From Chloroflexota bacterium (lineage in GTDB: Bacteria; Chloroflexota; Dehalococcoidia; UBA2979), in assembly GCA_009840965.1 (NCBI GenBank), contig VXMT01000126.1, positions 1-38,917 on the forward strand: DNA of 38,917 bases. The letters run 5' to 3'. Made by a program: the position numbers and the translations under genes. The notes under the pieces were generated by a model. That model saw only the letters and a list, made by a program, of their open reading frames with translations, did no database searches and had not been told where the DNA came from. Shown piece by piece: positions 17,012-26,550 of the stretch (positions are counted from its first letter, which is position 1; every line of letters starts with the position of its first letter).

Positions 17012-17851
17012 TCAGCTGCGCGCTATCAACTCGGCGGCGAGCGCTCGCAGCCAGCGGCGCTGCTCCGCAACGTCCCCCGTCTCGATCTCGAGAGCGACCT
17101 CTTCGACGCCAAGCTCCGCATAGGCCTCGACCGTGTCGTGCGGAACAGCGTCTTCGACCACCAGACGGACCGAGAGCGAGAGGTCGCTGCGCGTCCGCCC
17201 CACCGCCTCCAGCTCCTGGTCGAGGCGTTCGAGGCGCGGCGCCATCCGGTCGGGAAGCAACATCGACGCGTGCCACGCGTCGCCGTAGCGCGCGACGCGG
17301 CGCAGCGAGGGGTCGCTGCTCCCGCCGACGAGCAGCGGCGGGTGCGGCGCCTGCAGTGGCGCGGGGGAGGCAAGCGCGCCGGAGAAGGAGAAGTGCCTGC
17401 CGGCATAGGAGACTGCCTCGCCGGTCCAGAGGGCCTTCATCACCTCGATGGACTCGTCCGTGTAGGTCCCCCGGTTGGCGAGATCGAAGCCGATGGCCTC
17501 GATCTCGGCCCGCATGCCGCCGACGCCGACGCCGACATCGAGGCGCCCGCCCGACATGATGTCGATCGTGGCGAGCTGCTTCGAGAGGGCCATCGGCTCC
17601 AGCAGCGGCAGGACGAGCACGCTCGTGCCCAGCCGGATCCGCTCGGTGCCGGAGGCGACCCAGGTCAACACGGTGAGCGGGTCGTAGTACGGCTTCGTTC
17701 CCAGACGATCGGCGATGTAGTCGAGGTTCAGCAGGTGGTGCGAGACCCACACCGAGTCGAAGCCCAGATCCTCGGCCTCGGAGGCGAGCCCGACGAGGTC
17801 TGCGGGGTCCTCGACACCGTAGTGATTGGGCAGCGTGTATCCGAAACGCAT
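17012..17851 (-). CDS. LLM-class oxidoreductase, probably F420-dependent
   Basis: GFDSVWVSHH, DPLTVL, RLGTSVLVLP, SGGRLDVGVGVG, HPPLLVGG. Confidence 0.9.
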   Translation of the reverse strand: MRFGYTLPNHYGVEDPADLVGLASEAEDLGFDSVWVSHHLLNLDYIADRLGTKPYYDPLTVLTWVASGTERIRLGTSVLVLPLLEPMALSKQLATIDIMSGGRLDVGVGVGGMRAEIEAIGFDLANRGTYTDESIEVMKALWTGEAVSYAGRHFSFSGALASPAPLQAPHPPLLVGGSSDPSLRRVARYGDAWHASMLLPDRMAPRLERLDQELEAVGRTRSDLSLSVRLVVEDAVPHDTVEAYAELGVEEVALEIETGDVAEQRRWLRALAAELIARS

Positions 17852-17913
17852 CCGGCACCCTGTCGCTGCGGCGCGCCCGCCACTCGCGCAACGCGAGGAG
17901 CGCGCCGAGGAGC

Positions 17914-17926
17914 CTTACGATGTAAG
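17914..17926. promoter_or_regulatory. Palindromic operator, site 1
   Basis: CTTACGATGTAAG between the divergent LLM and SDR genes. Confidence 0.8.
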
Positions 17927-17993
17927 CTCGGCCACGCTACGGGAGGGCCAATGGGCCGTCAAGCGGCGGCCGCCGGTGATTGAGGACTGGACC

Positions 17994-18806
17994 ATGCAAG
18001 AGCTGGCTGGACGGGTGGCCGCAATCACCGGCGCTGCGAGCGGCCTTGGCGAGGGCATCGCCCGCGCCTGTCAGCAGGCGGGGATGCGACTCGTGCTCGG
18101 CGACATCGACGGCGAGAGGCTCGAGCACGTCGCGTCCGCGCTCCGGGCGGCGGGCGCCGAGGTGGTCGCAGCCCCGACCGACGTGTCCGATGCGGCGTCG
18201 TTCGAGGAGCTGGCCGCTCGCGCGTACGAGGCGTTTGGCGAGGTGAACGTGCTTTTCAACAATGCCGGGGTGATGCGTGTCGGCACCATCGAGGAGTCAA
18301 CGGACAGCGATTGGCGCTGGCTCCTCGACGTGAACCTGCTGGGGCCGGTGCACGGGATCCAGGCCTTCCTCCCGCGGATGCGCGAGCAGGAGGGCGACGC
18401 CCACATCGTGAACACGGCCTCGATGGCCGGCGTCGTGGCCCTGCCCACGAGCCCGAGCAACGTGTCCTACTGCGCCTCGAAGTTCGCCGTCGTTGGACTG
18501 TCGGAGGTGCTGCGCGAGGAGGTCGCGCCGCACGGGATCGGCGTCTCGGTCATCTGCCCGGGCCCGGTCCAGACGAGGATCTTCCAGTCCGAGCGCAACC
18601 GGCCGGAGCGGTACGGTGGCCCGGAGCAGTCGGGCGTGGCGGCGCTGCACGACGACGAGCGGATGGACCCGCGGGAGTGCGGGCAACGCATCCTGCGCGG
18701 CCTGCAATCGGGACACTTCTACATCTTCACGCACCAGCAGCGGCATCGTGAGCGGATCGAGCAGCGGTCCCGGGAGATGCTCGCGGACTTCGAGGGCCTG
18801 GGCTGA
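17994..18806 (+). CDS. Short-chain dehydrogenase/reductase
   Basis: Start trimmed to ATG 17994 (GAGGA RBS); TGAASGLG, NNAG, YCASK. Confidence 0.94.
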   Translation: MQELAGRVAAITGAASGLGEGIARACQQAGMRLVLGDIDGERLEHVASALRAAGAEVVAAPTDVSDAASFEELAARAYEAFGEVNVLFNNAGVMRVGTIEESTDSDWRWLLDVNLLGPVHGIQAFLPRMREQEGDAHIVNTASMAGVVALPTSPSNVSYCASKFAVVGLSEVLREEVAPHGIGVSVICPGPVQTRIFQSERNRPERYGGPEQSGVAALHDDERMDPRECGQRILRGLQSGHFYIFTHQQRHRERIEQRSREMLADFEGLG

Positions 18807-18825
18807 GCGAGCCCGGCGCTCAGCC
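18801..18825. terminator. Hairpin at a convergent gene junction
   Basis: GGCTGAGCG-7nt-CGCTCAGCC; the arms contain both stop codons; no U-tract. Confidence 0.4.
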
Positions 18826-19743
18826 GGAACTCGATGCTCCGCTCTGGCCGGGCCTGAGCTCGACGCCCGCGCGTTCCTCCTGAAGCTTGAAGAAGATGTT
18901 CGAGTCGAGATCGCCCCAGCCGCGCACGACCGCCTCCGTCATGTCCTGCGCTGCGAGCGCCGCATGCGCCATCGGCACGTCGTACTCGTGCGCCAGCTCG
19001 GTGGCGAGCGTGTGGTCCTTCCGGGACAGGACGAGCGCGAAGCTCGGCGGGTCGTAGCTGTCCTGGAAGACGGTCTCCGTGATCCCGCGCCTGAGGAAGT
19101 TCCCCTGCCCGAGCGAGCCTTCCACCAGCGCCGTGTGCAGCGCCGTCACATCCACGCCGGCCTTCACGCCGAGCGTGAGCCCCTCCGCCATCGACATGCG
19201 CATGCAGAGCAGGATCATGTTGTGGACGAGCTTCGCCACGCTCCCGGCTCCGATGTCACCCACGCGCGAGACCTTGTCGCCAAGCTGCGCGAGCACGGGC
19301 CGCACCCGCTCGAACACCTGGATGTCGCCCCCGACCATCACCGCGAGCGTGCCCGCCTCGGCGCCGGCCACGCCGCCGCTCACCGGCGCGTCGAGCACGT
19401 GGACGTCGTGCTCGGCGTAGACGGCGTGCACCTCGCGGATCAGCGTCGGTGAGCTGGTCGACAGGTCGACGTACACGTCGCCCTGCGAGATGCCCTCGAG
19501 GACGCCGCCGCTGCCCAGCGCCACCTCGCGCACCTCGGGCGGGCCGGGGAGCGAGGTGAGGACCACCTCGCTGGCCTCGGCAACGGCGCGCGGGCCGTCG
19601 CCCCACGAGGCGCCGAGCTCCAGGTGGCGCGCCGCGGCGTCCTCGCGCGCGTCGTACACGGTGACCTCGTGGCCGCCCGCGATGACGTTGGCCGCCATCC
19701 CGCCGCCCATGTTGCCAAGACCGATAAACCCCACACGCATCAT
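18820..19743 (-). CDS. NAD(P)-dependent beta-hydroxyacid dehydrogenase (3-hydroxyisobutyrate dehydrogenase family)
   Basis: VGFIGLGNMG, DAPVSGG, GTLAVMVGG, catalytic AKLVHN. Confidence 0.93.
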   Translation of the reverse strand: MMRVGFIGLGNMGGGMAANVIAGGHEVTVYDAREDAAARHLELGASWGDGPRAVAEASEVVLTSLPGPPEVREVALGSGGVLEGISQGDVYVDLSTSSPTLIREVHAVYAEHDVHVLDAPVSGGVAGAEAGTLAVMVGGDIQVFERVRPVLAQLGDKVSRVGDIGAGSVAKLVHNMILLCMRMSMAEGLTLGVKAGVDVTALHTALVEGSLGQGNFLRRGITETVFQDSYDPPSFALVLSRKDHTLATELAHEYDVPMAHAALAAQDMTEAVVRGWGDLDSNIFFKLQEERAGVELRPGQSGASSSG

Positions 19744-19885
19744 GTGCCTCCGTCGCCTGCTTCGCGCCGAGGATGCTAAGGGCTAGCGACCACCAACGGC
19801 GTTGACCGGGAGTCACCGGCTTCGACGGCGCCGGCCCGCGGGCCCTGGCGCCCCTGCCGCGGGAGGATGGCGTCACACCGTCCGA

Positions 19886-21085
19886 TCACACCTGGTGGGC
19901 AACCACGCCTTCCGAGACCATCGTCGAGAACTCGGGCGCGACCTCCTCGGCGAAGCGCTGCAGTTGCTCCAGGATGACGGCCCTGGGCAACCCGATCGGA
20001 TGCCCGATCCCGATTCGGTCGATTCCGGGATAGCGTTCCTCGAAGGCCTTCAGCCCCTCGGTCACCTGCTCGGCAGTGCCACAGAGCGTGCTCCCGCTCT
20101 CGATCGACGCCTCGACGGTCGGCAGGCCCGCTGCAGGGGCGAGCGCCGGGTCCGCCATCTGCTCGAGCTGCTCGTCGGAGAGCGTGCGGATCAATCGCAG
20201 TGGGCCGAACATCTTCACGTTCTCCTCGAAATACGGTCGGAGCTCGTCAATCGCCTGCTCGGCGGTGTCGGCGATGTGGACGTGGAAGTTGACGGCGAGG
20301 TTCTCGCCGAGCTCGGTCTCGATGCCGGCGCGCTCGTGGGCGGCCTGCCAGGCGCGCACGACGGGCTCCATCGTTCCGCTCGCCGCAACGCCTCCCCCCG
20401 TCATCGCCTTGATGCCGTGCTTCACCATGAAGTCAAGACCCCGCTCCGTGACACCCTGCACGGGCTGCCAGCACTCGACGGGCAGCGCGCGCGGCCGTGG
20501 CACAAGCGTGAGCGTTTCGAGCTGGTAGCCGCGGTACGGCACCCGGGGCGGGAGGTCGTAGTACTTGCCATGGTGCGAGAACGAGCGCTCGTTGAAAGCC
20601 TTGAGCAGGACTTCCACTTGCTCTTCGAAGAGGTCGCGGTTCGAGGCCTGATCGAGCAGCGGCGAGCCGAACGTCTCGACCTCGCGCGTGTGGTAGCCGC
20701 GGCCGACTCCCATCACGACGCGCCCACCAGTGAGGTGATCGACCATTGCGTAGTCCTCGGCGAGACGGAGCGGGTGCCACATCGGCGTGATGTTGAACGC
20801 GCAGCCGAGGCGAATCCGCTCCGTCACATGCGCGAGGTGAAGGTTCATGATGAGGAGGTTGGGGACGCACTCGTAGCCTTCGGGCTGGAAGTGGTGCTCG
20901 GCGCCCCAGAACGTGTCGAAACCGAGACGATCGAGGAGTCTGGCGATGTCCTCCGCCTTCTCGAGGGCCGCCGCCAGATCCTCGTCGCTGTACGACCGTT
21001 CGTTCACCGGGGTACCGGCGTAGCCGACCGTCTCGCGGTCCATATCGACGTGGCCGGTGAACAAACTGTCGAAGAAGCGAATCAT
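19886..21085 (-). CDS. LLM-class flavin-dependent monooxygenase (LuxA-like)
   Basis: Start trimmed to MIRFFDSLF (ATG 21085, GGAGG RBS); WGAEHHFQPEG, WHPLRLAEDYA, GVGRGY. Confidence 0.92.
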   Translation of the reverse strand: MIRFFDSLFTGHVDMDRETVGYAGTPVNERSYSDEDLAAALEKAEDIARLLDRLGFDTFWGAEHHFQPEGYECVPNLLIMNLHLAHVTERIRLGCAFNITPMWHPLRLAEDYAMVDHLTGGRVVMGVGRGYHTREVETFGSPLLDQASNRDLFEEQVEVLLKAFNERSFSHHGKYYDLPPRVPYRGYQLETLTLVPRPRALPVECWQPVQGVTERGLDFMVKHGIKAMTGGGVAASGTMEPVVRAWQAAHERAGIETELGENLAVNFHVHIADTAEQAIDELRPYFEENVKMFGPLRLIRTLSDEQLEQMADPALAPAAGLPTVEASIESGSTLCGTAEQVTEGLKAFEERYPGIDRIGIGHPIGLPRAVILEQLQRFAEEVAPEFSTMVSEGVVAHQV

Positions 21086-21160
21086 GGCGAAGGAACCTCC
21101 CGGCTTCCTGCCCACCCGCGCCGTGCGCGTCGAGGGACAGGTCGATGTGCGCTCCTGTCT

Positions 21161-21175
21161 GCTTACAGTGTAAGC
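21161..21175. promoter_or_regulatory. Palindromic operator, site 2
   Basis: GCTTACAGTGTAAGC, with an extra half-site GTAAGC at 21185-21190, in a divergent intergenic region. Confidence 0.85.
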
Positions 21176-21274
21176 TCGCCACTTGTAAGCTCCCGGCTGC
21201 ACGCTTGTCAAGGGCGGCTGCGCTTGCGGCGGGCTCGCGGGCGGGATCGTGCCGCCCAGGTTGCAAGGCACTGT

Positions 21275-21289
21275 GCTTACGCCGTAAGC
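21275..21289. promoter_or_regulatory. Palindromic operator, site 3
   Basis: GCTTACGCCGTAAGC about 47 nt upstream of ATG 21336. Confidence 0.85.
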
Positions 21290-21335
21290 TCGCGGCGCGG
21301 TGCAACGCGCTCCGACGGCATGTGAGGTGTGAACC

Positions 21336-22463
21336 ATGAGAGCCGGCGTCGTGCTCTACACGCAGAACCCCGGCGACTTTGAGCGCTTCGCGGAGCGCGG
21401 CCCCGGACCGCCCCCTGTCGCCGACTCGCAGGCGTACGACGAGGAGCTGGCGCTCGGCGAGCTCGTGGAGCCGCTGGGGTTCGACTCGCTGTGGTGCGTC
21501 GAGCACCACTTCACGCCGATCAATCTCACGCCGAACGCGCTCCAGTTCCTGACGTTCTTCGCGGGGCGCACGCGCCGCATCGACTTCGGGACGATGGTGG
21601 TCGTGCTGCCCTGGCACAACCCGATTCGCGTCGCGGAGGAGGTCTCGATACTCGACAACCTCCTCGAGGGCCGGAAGCTGACGATCGGTGTCGGCCGGGG
21701 TGCGGCCCGCCGGGAGTTCGACGGTCTCCAGATCGCGATGGGGGAGTCGCGGGACCGATTCAAGGAGGGTCTGGCGTTCCTCCGCGGTGCGCTGACCAAC
21801 GCGCAGTTCACGCCTGAGGGGCAGTTCTACAGCGGGCCGCAGGTCGAGGTGCGCCCGCGGCCGCGCTCAAGCGACCTCACGGACCGGATGTACCTCGCCG
21901 GCGTCAGCCCGGAGACGCTGCAGATCGCGGCGGACGAGGATCTGGGGCTGCTGCTGCTCGGTCAGAAGCCGTGGCGCGACTACCCCGAGGACATCGCGCG
22001 CTACCAGGCGATTCGCGCCGAGCACGGCTGGGGCCCGCGCTGGCCGACGATCGTGCTGCCGGTCGTCTGCTCCGAGTCGGAGACCGACGCGGAGGAGCGC
22101 GCGCAACGGCACTTCGGCGAACAGCAGGACAGCACCACGGTCCACTACGAGTTCGGAGACGCCGAGCACTTCCGCGCCGCCGGCAACTACCAGCACTACG
22201 TGCGCATCGCCGAGGCGTTCGAACGCAAGGGCGAGGACGACGTCAGGCGGGACGCGTTCAAGTCGCAGATCTGGGGTACTCCCGAGCAGTGCATCGAGAA
22301 GATCGAGAACGTCCGGAAGATGACCGCCGCCGGCGAACTGGTGATGGCCTTCAAGTTCGGCAAGATGACCGGCGAGGAGGCGCTCGCGAACATGCGGCTG
22401 TTCGCCAGCGAGGTGCTGCCGTACGTCAAGGCGATGCCGGACGAGCCCACCTGGGAGGGCTAG
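21336..22463 (+). CDS. LLM-class flavin-dependent monooxygenase (LuxA-like)
   Basis: GFDSLWCVEHHF, LPWHNPIRVAEE, GVGRG, WGTPEQC, LFASEVLP; GAGGTG RBS. Confidence 0.93.
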   Translation: MRAGVVLYTQNPGDFERFAERGPGPPPVADSQAYDEELALGELVEPLGFDSLWCVEHHFTPINLTPNALQFLTFFAGRTRRIDFGTMVVVLPWHNPIRVAEEVSILDNLLEGRKLTIGVGRGAARREFDGLQIAMGESRDRFKEGLAFLRGALTNAQFTPEGQFYSGPQVEVRPRPRSSDLTDRMYLAGVSPETLQIAADEDLGLLLLGQKPWRDYPEDIARYQAIRAEHGWGPRWPTIVLPVVCSESETDAEERAQRHFGEQQDSTTVHYEFGDAEHFRAAGNYQHYVRIAEAFERKGEDDVRRDAFKSQIWGTPEQCIEKIENVRKMTAAGELVMAFKFGKMTGEEALANMRLFASEVLPYVKAMPDEPTWEG

Positions 22464-22590
22464 GCCAGGCCCACCGATCGACGGGCCGCGAGGTCGAGCC
22501 CGTTTACGCGCTATCGGCCGACGTATGCTCGGCTGAGCCGGACCTGCGGCGCGCTCGCGGCGAGTGCGCCGGCACGGAGGTGGTAGCGCC

Positions 22591-23589
22591 ATGCTGACCG
22601 GAGAGAAGGTGCTGATCACGGGGGCGTCCGGACAGATCGCCCTGCCGATGGCCAGGAAGCTCGCGCGGGACAACGAGGTCTGGGGCGTCGCCCGGTTCAG
22701 GGCGCCGCAGCCGAGCGTCACGCGAGGCCCCGCGCGCATCGCCGACCTGCGGTCCGAGCTGGAGTCGGCCGGCGTGACGACCCTCGCGCTCGACCTCGCC
22801 GGGGGCGACCTTTCAACGTTGCCCGACGACTTCAGCACGGTGATCCACATGGCCGTCTCGATCGAGCCGACGCCCGACTACGACCATGCCCTGCGCATGA
22901 ACGCCGAGGTGACGGGGGAGCTGATGGCGCACTGCCGGAGTGCGCGCGCGTTCCTCCACATGTCGTCGTGCTCGGTCTACCGGCCGGCCGCCGATCCCGC
23001 GTACCCGTTTCGCGAGACCGACCCGCTGGGTGAAGCCGGCACGCCCTTCGCACCGACCTACTCGGTCTCGAAGATCGGGGGCGAGGCGGTCGCCCGCTTC
23101 TGTGCCCGCCAGTTCGGCCTGCCCACGACCATCGCGAGGATGAACGTCTCGTACGGCGCGAACGGCGGGATGCCTGCCTACATGGTCGAATCGATGCTCG
23201 CCGGCAGGCCCGTGCGCCTGCGCCCGCCCGGCCCCAACTACTACACGCCGATCCACGAGGACGACATCATCGACCAGGTCGGCAAGCTGCTGGACGTCGC
23301 CGCGGTCCCTGCCGAGATCGTGAACTGGGGCGGCGACGACATCGTCTCGGCCGAGGAGTGGATCGCCTACCTCGCCGAGCTCACCGGCCTGGAGGCGCGC
23401 ATCGACTACCGGGACGACTGGATCACGAGCGGGCCAACCGAGAACTCGAAGCGGATCGGTCTCATCGGCGCCTGCCGGGTGGGCTGGCGGGAGGGGATGC
23501 GCAGGATGGTCGAGGAGCGCCACCCCGAGCTGCAGCTCCGCGACGGCCCGGCCGACGCTGCCCAATCGGCCCGCACGGCCGGGAATTGA
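22591..23589 (+). CDS. NAD-dependent epimerase/dehydratase (extended SDR)
   Basis: KVLITGASGQIA, SSCSVY, YSVSK; GGAGGT RBS before ATG 22591. Confidence 0.9.
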   Translation: MLTGEKVLITGASGQIALPMARKLARDNEVWGVARFRAPQPSVTRGPARIADLRSELESAGVTTLALDLAGGDLSTLPDDFSTVIHMAVSIEPTPDYDHALRMNAEVTGELMAHCRSARAFLHMSSCSVYRPAADPAYPFRETDPLGEAGTPFAPTYSVSKIGGEAVARFCARQFGLPTTIARMNVSYGANGGMPAYMVESMLAGRPVRLRPPGPNYYTPIHEDDIIDQVGKLLDVAAVPAEIVNWGGDDIVSAEEWIAYLAELTGLEARIDYRDDWITSGPTENSKRIGLIGACRVGWREGMRRMVEERHPELQLRDGPADAAQSARTAGN

Positions 23590-23629
23590 CAGGCCGTGAC
23601 GGACGCCCCTACCATGCTTACGCCGTAAA
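23586..23629 (+). promoter_or_regulatory. Sigma70 promoter followed by operator site 4
   Basis: TTGACA (23586)-18nt-TACCAT (23610); CTTACGCCGTAAA at 23617-23629. Confidence 0.8.
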
Positions 23630-23661
23630 CAAGCTTGATAGCGAGGTCCTGGGGGAGTGCC

Positions 23662-24852
23662 GTGAAGTTCGGGCTCTTCTACGAGATCTCCGTGCCGCGG
23701 CCCTGGGACCGCGAGAGCGAACGCACCGCGTACGAGAACAACATCGAGCAGATCAAGCTGGCGGACGAGCTCGGGTTCCAGACGGTCTGGGTCGTCGAGC
23801 ATCACTTCTTCGAGGAGTTCAGCCACAGCTCCGCGCCCGACCTGTTCCTCACGGCCGTCGCTCGGGAGACGAGCCAGATCAGGCTGGGACACGGGATCGC
23901 CGTCTGCGTCCCGGAGGTCAACAGCGCGGTGCGGCTGGCCGAGCGAGCCGCGACGCTCGACCTCCTCTCCGGGGGGCGGCTCGAGTTCGGTACCGGACGC
24001 GCGACTTCCTGGCTGGAGCTGGCCGGGTTTGGCGCCAACCCGGACGAGACGAAGCGTTCCTGGGACGAGTTCGTCCGAACCATCCCGAAGATGTGGACGA
24101 ACGAGCGGTTCGGCTACGACGGGCAGTACGTGAAGCTGCCGCGGCGGGCGGTGCTGCCGAAGCCCTATCAGCGGCCTCACCCGCCTCTCTGGGTCGCGGC
24201 CGGCAGCGCCGGCACCGAGATCGACGCCGCCGAGCGCGGGCTCGGCGCGCTCTTCCTCTCGTTCATGGGCTACGAACGGCTGGCCGGGCGGATCGCTGCC
24301 TACCGCGAGCGCATCGCGGCCTGCGATACGCCTGCCGGCGCGTTCATCAACAACAAGACGACGATGGTGAACTTCCTCTACTGCCACGAGGACGCGGACC
24401 ACGGCGTGCGGTTGGGGAAGCAAGTCGCCGCACGCTACGGCGAAGGGTCCGGCCAGGCGTTCGGGGTCAGCGAGATCTACCCGACACCCGCCTATTCATC
24501 GGCCGGCGATATTCGGGCCGGCCTCGTGAACGCGGCCGGCAATGATCGGGCCGCGCCCTCGAGGGACGACCACTGGACGCTCCGGCGCGCGCTTGAGTCC
24601 GAGGACGCGCAGCCGCCTCCCGGCCTCTGCGCGGGCGACCCGGAGCAGATCATCGAGGCGCTCAGGGGCTGGGAGGAAACCGGCGTCGACGAGGTCAGCT
24701 TCCTCCTGAACGCGAGCGAGATGATTCCTCACGAGGACGTCATGGAGAGCCTCCGCCTGTTCGGGCGCGAAGTGATGCCCTGCTTCGAGACACCGGAGAC
24801 ACCGCGCGGCTCGGCAGCGGCGGTTGAGGCGCCGGTCGCCGGTGCGCGATGA
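23662..24852 (+). CDS. LLM-class flavin-dependent monooxygenase (LuxA-like)
   Basis: GTG 23662 after GGGGGAG; MKFGLFYEI, WVVEHHFFEEFSHSSAP, LDLLSGGRLEFGTGR, PKPYQRPHPPLW. Confidence 0.93.
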   Translation: MKFGLFYEISVPRPWDRESERTAYENNIEQIKLADELGFQTVWVVEHHFFEEFSHSSAPDLFLTAVARETSQIRLGHGIAVCVPEVNSAVRLAERAATLDLLSGGRLEFGTGRATSWLELAGFGANPDETKRSWDEFVRTIPKMWTNERFGYDGQYVKLPRRAVLPKPYQRPHPPLWVAAGSAGTEIDAAERGLGALFLSFMGYERLAGRIAAYRERIAACDTPAGAFINNKTTMVNFLYCHEDADHGVRLGKQVAARYGEGSGQAFGVSEIYPTPAYSSAGDIRAGLVNAAGNDRAAPSRDDHWTLRRALESEDAQPPPGLCAGDPEQIIEALRGWEETGVDEVSFLLNASEMIPHEDVMESLRLFGREVMPCFETPETPRGSAAAVEAPVAGAR

Positions 24853-25628
24853 GCGACCCTCGCGGCCGCCATCGCGGCGCCACGGGGGCCGGGCCGCCGG
24901 TCGTTGACCCGAGTGCGCACGCCGAGGCGATCACGTCCTCGCACGTGGAGGTGCTGAACGTCGCGATCGAGGTCGACGATCGGCTGGTCGCCCCGCTGCT
25001 CCCCGCGCCCCTGCGCCTGACCCTGCCGCCGATGGTCACGTTCGTGATCTGGCGCTTCCACGAGAGCAGCCTGGGCGCGTTCACGCTCGCGCAAACCAGG
25101 GTCACGACCAGGCTCAAGGTGCGCTCGCGAGGTTTGGTTCTCGGCTCCTACTTCCACGGCGCGCCCGCAGCCGCCGAGGAACTCCGCACGCACTGGGGTT
25201 TCGCATGCCTCCCGGGCGACATCCGGCTGGTGCGCCATCACGATGAGATTCGCGGGGCCGTCGAGGCCGGGGGGAAGGTGGCGCTGGAGGTCGTGGGGCG
25301 CGCACCCCACGCGATCGGCCCCGACGACCTCAGGGAGATGTCGTCCCTGAATCCGGTCCGCGCCGTCACATCCGAGGGGGAGCAGGCACGACTCCTCCAA
25401 GTGGATACGGAGTTCCGCGTGGAGGCCGCAAGCCGCAGCATCCAGCTCGAAGTCCAGGCGTTCAACGGAAGCGCGTGGAACGCACCCGACATCCGGCAGG
25501 AGTACGGCGTCCGCGCCCTCCACTACCACTGCGAGATGCGGCTCCCGCCACCGCGGTACCTGTTCGATCCGATGCTGACCTCGGAGCAGGAGAGCGAGCA
25601 GATCGAGCGGCGACTCCCCGTCGCCTAG
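24849..25628 (+). CDS. Acetoacetate decarboxylase-like superfamily protein
   Basis: LLPAPL, SSLGAFTLAQ, LRTHWGF pattern; ATGA-coupled to the LLM gene; family recognised by eye. Confidence 0.65.
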   Translation: MSDPRGRHRGATGAGPPVVDPSAHAEAITSSHVEVLNVAIEVDDRLVAPLLPAPLRLTLPPMVTFVIWRFHESSLGAFTLAQTRVTTRLKVRSRGLVLGSYFHGAPAAAEELRTHWGFACLPGDIRLVRHHDEIRGAVEAGGKVALEVVGRAPHAIGPDDLREMSSLNPVRAVTSEGEQARLLQVDTEFRVEAASRSIQLEVQAFNGSAWNAPDIRQEYGVRALHYHCEMRLPPPRYLFDPMLTSEQESEQIERRLPVA

Positions 25629-25668
25629 CGTCGCCACGGGCGCGCTCGCTCGCGCCGGCGGCCCGAAC

Positions 25669-25697
25669 TTGACAGGCATACGCTGTAAACATACAAG
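25669..25697 (+). promoter_or_regulatory. Promoter with operator site 5 in the spacer
   Basis: TTGACA 25669-25674; CATACGCTGTAAA 25677-25689; weak -10 TACAAG at 17-nt spacing. Confidence 0.7.
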
Positions 25698-25743
25698 TGA
25701 CCGGCGCGAGAACCCGCGCGAGCACAACGTACAGGGAGGCCCC

Positions 25744-26511
25744 ATGTCTGAGATCCGTATTGAGGTCAGCGACTTCATCGCCGTGGTGACCCTCGACAAT
25801 CCGCCGGTGAACGCCATGGACCCCGACTGGGACCTGATGGGCATCATGGACTCCCTGTCCGAACGTGACGACGTCCGGGTCGCCGTCCTGACGGGCGCCG
25901 GGGACCGCGCATTCTGCGCGGGGGTCGACGTGAAGAAGGCTGCCGAGGCGGCCTCGGACGAGCCGGGCGCCCAGACGGCGGGCAACCGCCGCGGCCGGGA
26001 GACGTTCTACTCCGTCATGGAGTGCGCGGTCCCGGTGATCGGTGCGATCAACGGGCATGCCCTCGGTGCGGGACTCGCCATCGCCTCCTCGTGCGACTAC
26101 ATCATCGCCTCCGAGCGCGCCACGTTCGGGCTGCCCGAGATCGACGTCGGACTGCTCGGCGGTGCGCGCCACTTCCAGCGCATGTTCCCGCAGGGAGTCA
26201 CTCGCTGGGCGAACTTCACCGCGCAGCGCATTGACGCCGCCGAGGCGCATCGCCTGGGCTCCGTGCAGCGCGTGGTCCCCCACGAGCAACTGATGGATGA
26301 GGCGATGTCCGACGCACAGATCATCGCCGCCAAGATGCCGATCGGCCTGAAGATGGCGAAGGCGAATCTCAACCTCATCGAGGACATGGACCTCCGCAAC
26401 GGGTACCGCTACGAGCAGACCCAGACCAGCATCCTCGTCAAGACCGAGGACGCACTGGAAGCGAAGGTGGCGTTCGCCGAGAAGCGCGAGCCGGTCTTCA
26501 GGGGACGCTGA
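25744..26511 (+). CDS. Enoyl-CoA hydratase/isomerase family protein
   Basis: LDNPPVNA, FCAGVD, PVIGAINGHALGAG, FGLPEIDVG, AFAEKREPVF; GGGAGG RBS. Confidence 0.94.
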   Translation: MSEIRIEVSDFIAVVTLDNPPVNAMDPDWDLMGIMDSLSERDDVRVAVLTGAGDRAFCAGVDVKKAAEAASDEPGAQTAGNRRGRETFYSVMECAVPVIGAINGHALGAGLAIASSCDYIIASERATFGLPEIDVGLLGGARHFQRMFPQGVTRWANFTAQRIDAAEAHRLGSVQRVVPHEQLMDEAMSDAQIIAAKMPIGLKMAKANLNLIEDMDLRNGYRYEQTQTSILVKTEDALEAKVAFAEKREPVFRGR

Positions 26512-26512
26512 G

Positions 26513-26543
26513 CGGCGGGCCCGAGCACCCCTCGGGCCCGTTG
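26513..26543. terminator. Hairpin between convergent genes (probable bidirectional terminator)
   Basis: CGGGCCCGAG-CACCC-CTCGGGCCCG, a perfect 10-bp stem. Confidence 0.6.
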
Positions 26544-26550
26544 ACGGTGC

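Noticed and set aside
22501-22530. Possible extra operator or promoter before the epimerase
   Set aside because: No intact TAC-N3-GTA core, and TTTACG/TATGCT are only 15 nt apart.
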